From the NCBI GenBank assembly GCA_963836185.1, contig CAWIIQ010000001.1, forward strand, positions 1,952,001-2,016,000: a stretch of DNA of 64,000 nucleotides, read 5' to 3'. The position numbers and the translations under genes are program-made. Origin of the DNA: Candidatus Krumholzibacteriia bacterium. Its GTDB lineage: Bacteria > Krumholzibacteriota > Krumholzibacteriia > Krumholzibacteriales > Krumholzibacteriaceae. Below are positions 61,770 through 64,000 of the stretch, in pieces. Each line of letters opens with the position of its first letter. Positions within the stretch are counted from its first letter, which is position 1. The notes below the pieces were generated by a model. It was not told where the DNA came from. It saw only the letters and a list, made by a program, of their open reading frames with translations, and ran no database searches.

Positions 61770-63671
61770 TCAGTCGAAAAGACGCCAGTTTATTCCGAAG
61801 CGGTAGTGCGAGCCGGGCATATACATCCCCGGCACAGTCTCGTACTGTTCATCGAGGATATTCTTCATCTCGAATCTCACCACTGCTCCAATCACGGTGA
61901 GCGAAACGGACAGATCGAGAAGCGTATAAGGGGCGAGCTCGACTCCGGAAAAGAGCCGGCTCCCTGTCTCGGAAGCGTAGATCCCGACAGTAAACAGCTC
62001 CGTCTTTTTAAACGACGGCCTGCTCAGCCATAGTCCGGCCCTCGCATAATACTCGGGGACGCCGGGCGTGATCTCTGCCCTGTCGGCGAACCAGTAGCCC
62101 CTGAGCTGCCAGTGGTAACTGAAAGAAGCGATACCTGTCGATCCCCCGCCCTTCAGCGAGGCTCGCAGCCCGATCACATCGTCGCTTCCTTCGGAAATAT
62201 AAACAGCCGGATCTGAACCTTCGAGGATTATCCTGTTTCGCTCGAGCCTCGCGAAGATATCGGTCGTAAACGATGTCCCGTAGCCCAGCCCGAGAGAGAT
62301 CTCGTCTGAGGTCTCATGCCCCAGGCCGGTGTTACCGGCGGTGCTGAACTGATCGCCTCCGGGAAGGTACTCGAGTTCAGGCTGGTAGAGCTCTTCGACG
62401 GTCGGTGTCCTGACACGCCTGGCCACGATAAGGGTCTGGTACAATCCCTTCTCATCTCCATGTGAGAGAGCCGCTTCACCGCCGGCGAAGAAACCCGATC
62501 CGGTCATCGTACCCGCTGAGACCCCGCCTCTCCAGCGCAGTGCTCCGGCATCGCCGCCCAGCGTCAGGCCTGCCTCGGCCCGGTCGACATCCGGTGAGAA
62601 AGGAGTGTTGATGAGCAGGTTCTCGAACGCCGCCCGCTCAGCCGAGACGAATCCTTTCGCGGCGATCGAGCCGGCAAGGCCATGCCACGTGACAGCTCCC
62701 CCGAAGACCAGCCCGGAGGTCATGCCCGTCCTTCTCCGCATCTCGACAAACCGCTGTCTCAGGGAGACCTCGGCGCCGCCCCTGACGTACCTGATCTCCG
62801 AATCGAGGCCATCGTACCTGACACTCTCCGGGGGCTGGGCCGGGTCGCGATAATATGGCCAGGCCCGCGTGCCGTTGTAGGTATCCTCAAACGTCCTCAA
62901 CCGGACCAGCACCCTGTCGCCCGCTTTCCCCCTCAAGGTCAAGTCGAGCATTACTGATCTCGAGTTATATTCGCCAACCAGCGCTGTCTCGTCATCGACC
63001 ACGGTTTCGAAAAAATCCTGCATATATTCATCATATGTGATCGTACCGTTTATAAAGGCGTCGGGTGACGAGAACCAGGCCTTGCGGGATTTCCGTCCGT
63101 TCGCTCCCCAGGTGAAATCACCAGCTGCGAAGGGAGGCTCCCTGCCCCCTTCCTCAAGGACGACATTTATCACTCCACCCGAGGCGGCCCGGCCTGTGAG
63201 CGATGGCGAGCTGCTGTAGATCACCTCTACCCGGCGTACCCTCGACAGGGTCAGAAACCTAGCCAGTGGGTCCTCGTTGTAGGGATCGTTGTACGGTACG
63301 CCGTTGACGAGCAGATTCATCCCCTTGACCGTCCTGCCATCGATCGTGTACAGGGTCCTCGAGCCGGGCGGTCCATCCTGCAGGACGTTTACGCCGGGGA
63401 GATGCTCGATTATATCCTCGATCGTGTTTATGTCGAACCTGGCCAGATCTTCGGCAGTCATTACGAAGACCTCGCCGGGCAGCGCGAGCGTATCACCGGC
63501 GGCGGAAAGGTACGCCCCCCCATACCTCGACGCTTCGCTGCCTGATCCGGTCGCGGGAAAAGTAGCGGCCGCGGTGAGCAATAATAAGAATGACCCTGCG
63601 ATGCGGGGCCGGACAAGATCCTTCAGACGTGTCATATATTGATATTGTGGGGCAGCATGCCCGCCGGTCAA
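61770..63671 (-). CDS. TonB-dependent receptor (plug and barrel)
   Basis: Plug motifs LPGV, LLVNGVP and RVEVIY...GGVINV; C-terminal NILDEQYETVPGMYMPGSHYRFGINWRLFD. Start codon uncertain. Confidence 0.8.
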   Translation of the reverse strand: MTGGHAAPQYQYMTRLKDLVRPRIAGSFLLLLTAAATFPATGSGSEASRYGGAYLSAAGDTLALPGEVFVMTAEDLARFDINTIEDIIEHLPGVNVLQDGPPGSRTLYTIDGRTVKGMNLLVNGVPYNDPYNEDPLARFLTLSRVRRVEVIYSSSPSLTGRAASGGVINVVLEEGGREPPFAAGDFTWGANGRKSRKAWFSSPDAFINGTITYDEYMQDFFETVVDDETALVGEYNSRSVMLDLTLRGKAGDRVLVRLRTFEDTYNGTRAWPYYRDPAQPPESVRYDGLDSEIRYVRGGAEVSLRQRFVEMRRRTGMTSGLVFGGAVTWHGLAGSIAAKGFVSAERAAFENLLINTPFSPDVDRAEAGLTLGGDAGALRWRGGVSAGTMTGSGFFAGGEAALSHGDEKGLYQTLIVARRVRTPTVEELYQPELEYLPGGDQFSTAGNTGLGHETSDEISLGLGYGTSFTTDIFARLERNRIILEGSDPAVYISEGSDDVIGLRASLKGGGSTGIASFSYHWQLRGYWFADRAEITPGVPEYYARAGLWLSRPSFKKTELFTVGIYASETGSRLFSGVELAPYTLLDLSVSLTVIGAVVRFEMKNILDEQYETVPGMYMPGSHYRFGINWRLFD

Positions 63672-64000
63672 GCCGAAAGTCCGGATGCAAGCCTGCGAAG
63701 TTCCCTTACTGAGTCGTACGGCACCGGAATCTCGCCGATAGCGGCCTTTTTTGCCTCTTCAAAATGATAGTCCGATCCGCCGGTGCAGACCAGCCCGTGT
63801 CTGCCGGCCTCGCTGAGCGCGCGTCTCGTAATATCCTCAGAGTGATTGGGGTGCCAGGCTTCGATCCCGGTCACTCCGCTGCTGAAGATCCGGTCGCACA
63901 GCCGCCGCTTTCTTATGTTCGCGCCTGGGTGGGCCCACACGGCGACGCCGCCCGATCCCTTCACTATCGAAACGACATCTTCAAGGGGGAGTACCTTCTT
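63668..64000 (-). CDS. PHP-domain protein (TrpH/YciV-like), partial
   Basis: GGVAVWAHP, GIEAWHPNH and TGGSDYH. The 5' end lies beyond the window. Confidence 0.88.
   Translation of the reverse strand, partial: KKVLPLEDVVSIVKGSGGVAVWAHPGANIRKRRLCDRIFSSGVTGIEAWHPNHSEDITRRALSEAGRHGLVCTGGSDYHFEEAKKAAIGEIPVPYDSVRELRRLASGLSA

Noticed and set aside
61436-61900. 154-aa plus-strand ORF between pilB and the TonB receptor
   Set aside because: No recognisable motif; it overlaps the pilB sigma54 promoter and the receptor 3' end.
61770-63671. TonB receptor as the missing SusC, or a cobalamin riboswitch upstream
   Set aside because: It lies 23 kb from the glucan locus, is short and has no SusD neighbour. 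The PHP gene abuts its start, leaving no room for a riboswitch.
1-64000. Many long antisense/alternate-frame ORFs (e.g. 40877-42211, 27984-29075, 20651-21721); rRNA, tRNA, IS elements
   Set aside because: Shadow ORFs expected in GC-rich coding DNA opposite well-supported genes. No RNA-gene or transposase signatures were seen.

Overview
GC-rich diderm bacterial DNA. The FlgD/T9SS-like 'QNFPNPFNP...KMxLLR' tails, a PorV-like gene and a 'TWGAIK' C-terminal motif point to an FCB-group candidate lineage such as Krumholzibacteriota/Latescibacterota (inference). Many genes in the first 37 kb are split by single-base insertions, often CG read as CAG, which look like sequencing errors. Gene order: (1) metallopeptidase/beta-propeller/barrel protein, PrsW protease, a frameshift-hidden 58-aa bacterial histone, ADP-forming acyl-CoA ligase alpha/beta and an MFS transporter; (2) a TetR-linked Lol-like ABC export cassette; (3) an APC permease and two signal-peptide-bearing methyltransferases; (4) a ~22-kb convergent alpha-glucan (starch/glycogen) locus at 16.9-38.7 kb with GH13, GH57, CBM48/CBM20/DOMON-like modules, two unexplained outer-membrane barrels (one fused to CBM48) and a PorV-like protein, but no SusC/SusD - the best candidate for an undescribed system; (5) a serpin lipoprotein; (6) obgE, a glcD-like gene, aspC, coaD and rsmD; (7) a myxobacteria-like type IVa pilus cluster (pilB-T-C-S-R-A-H-I-G-D-M-N-O-P-Q) with three sigma54 promoters; (8) a TonB-dependent receptor and a partial PHP gene. 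I saw no rRNA, tRNA, CRISPR array or transposase.
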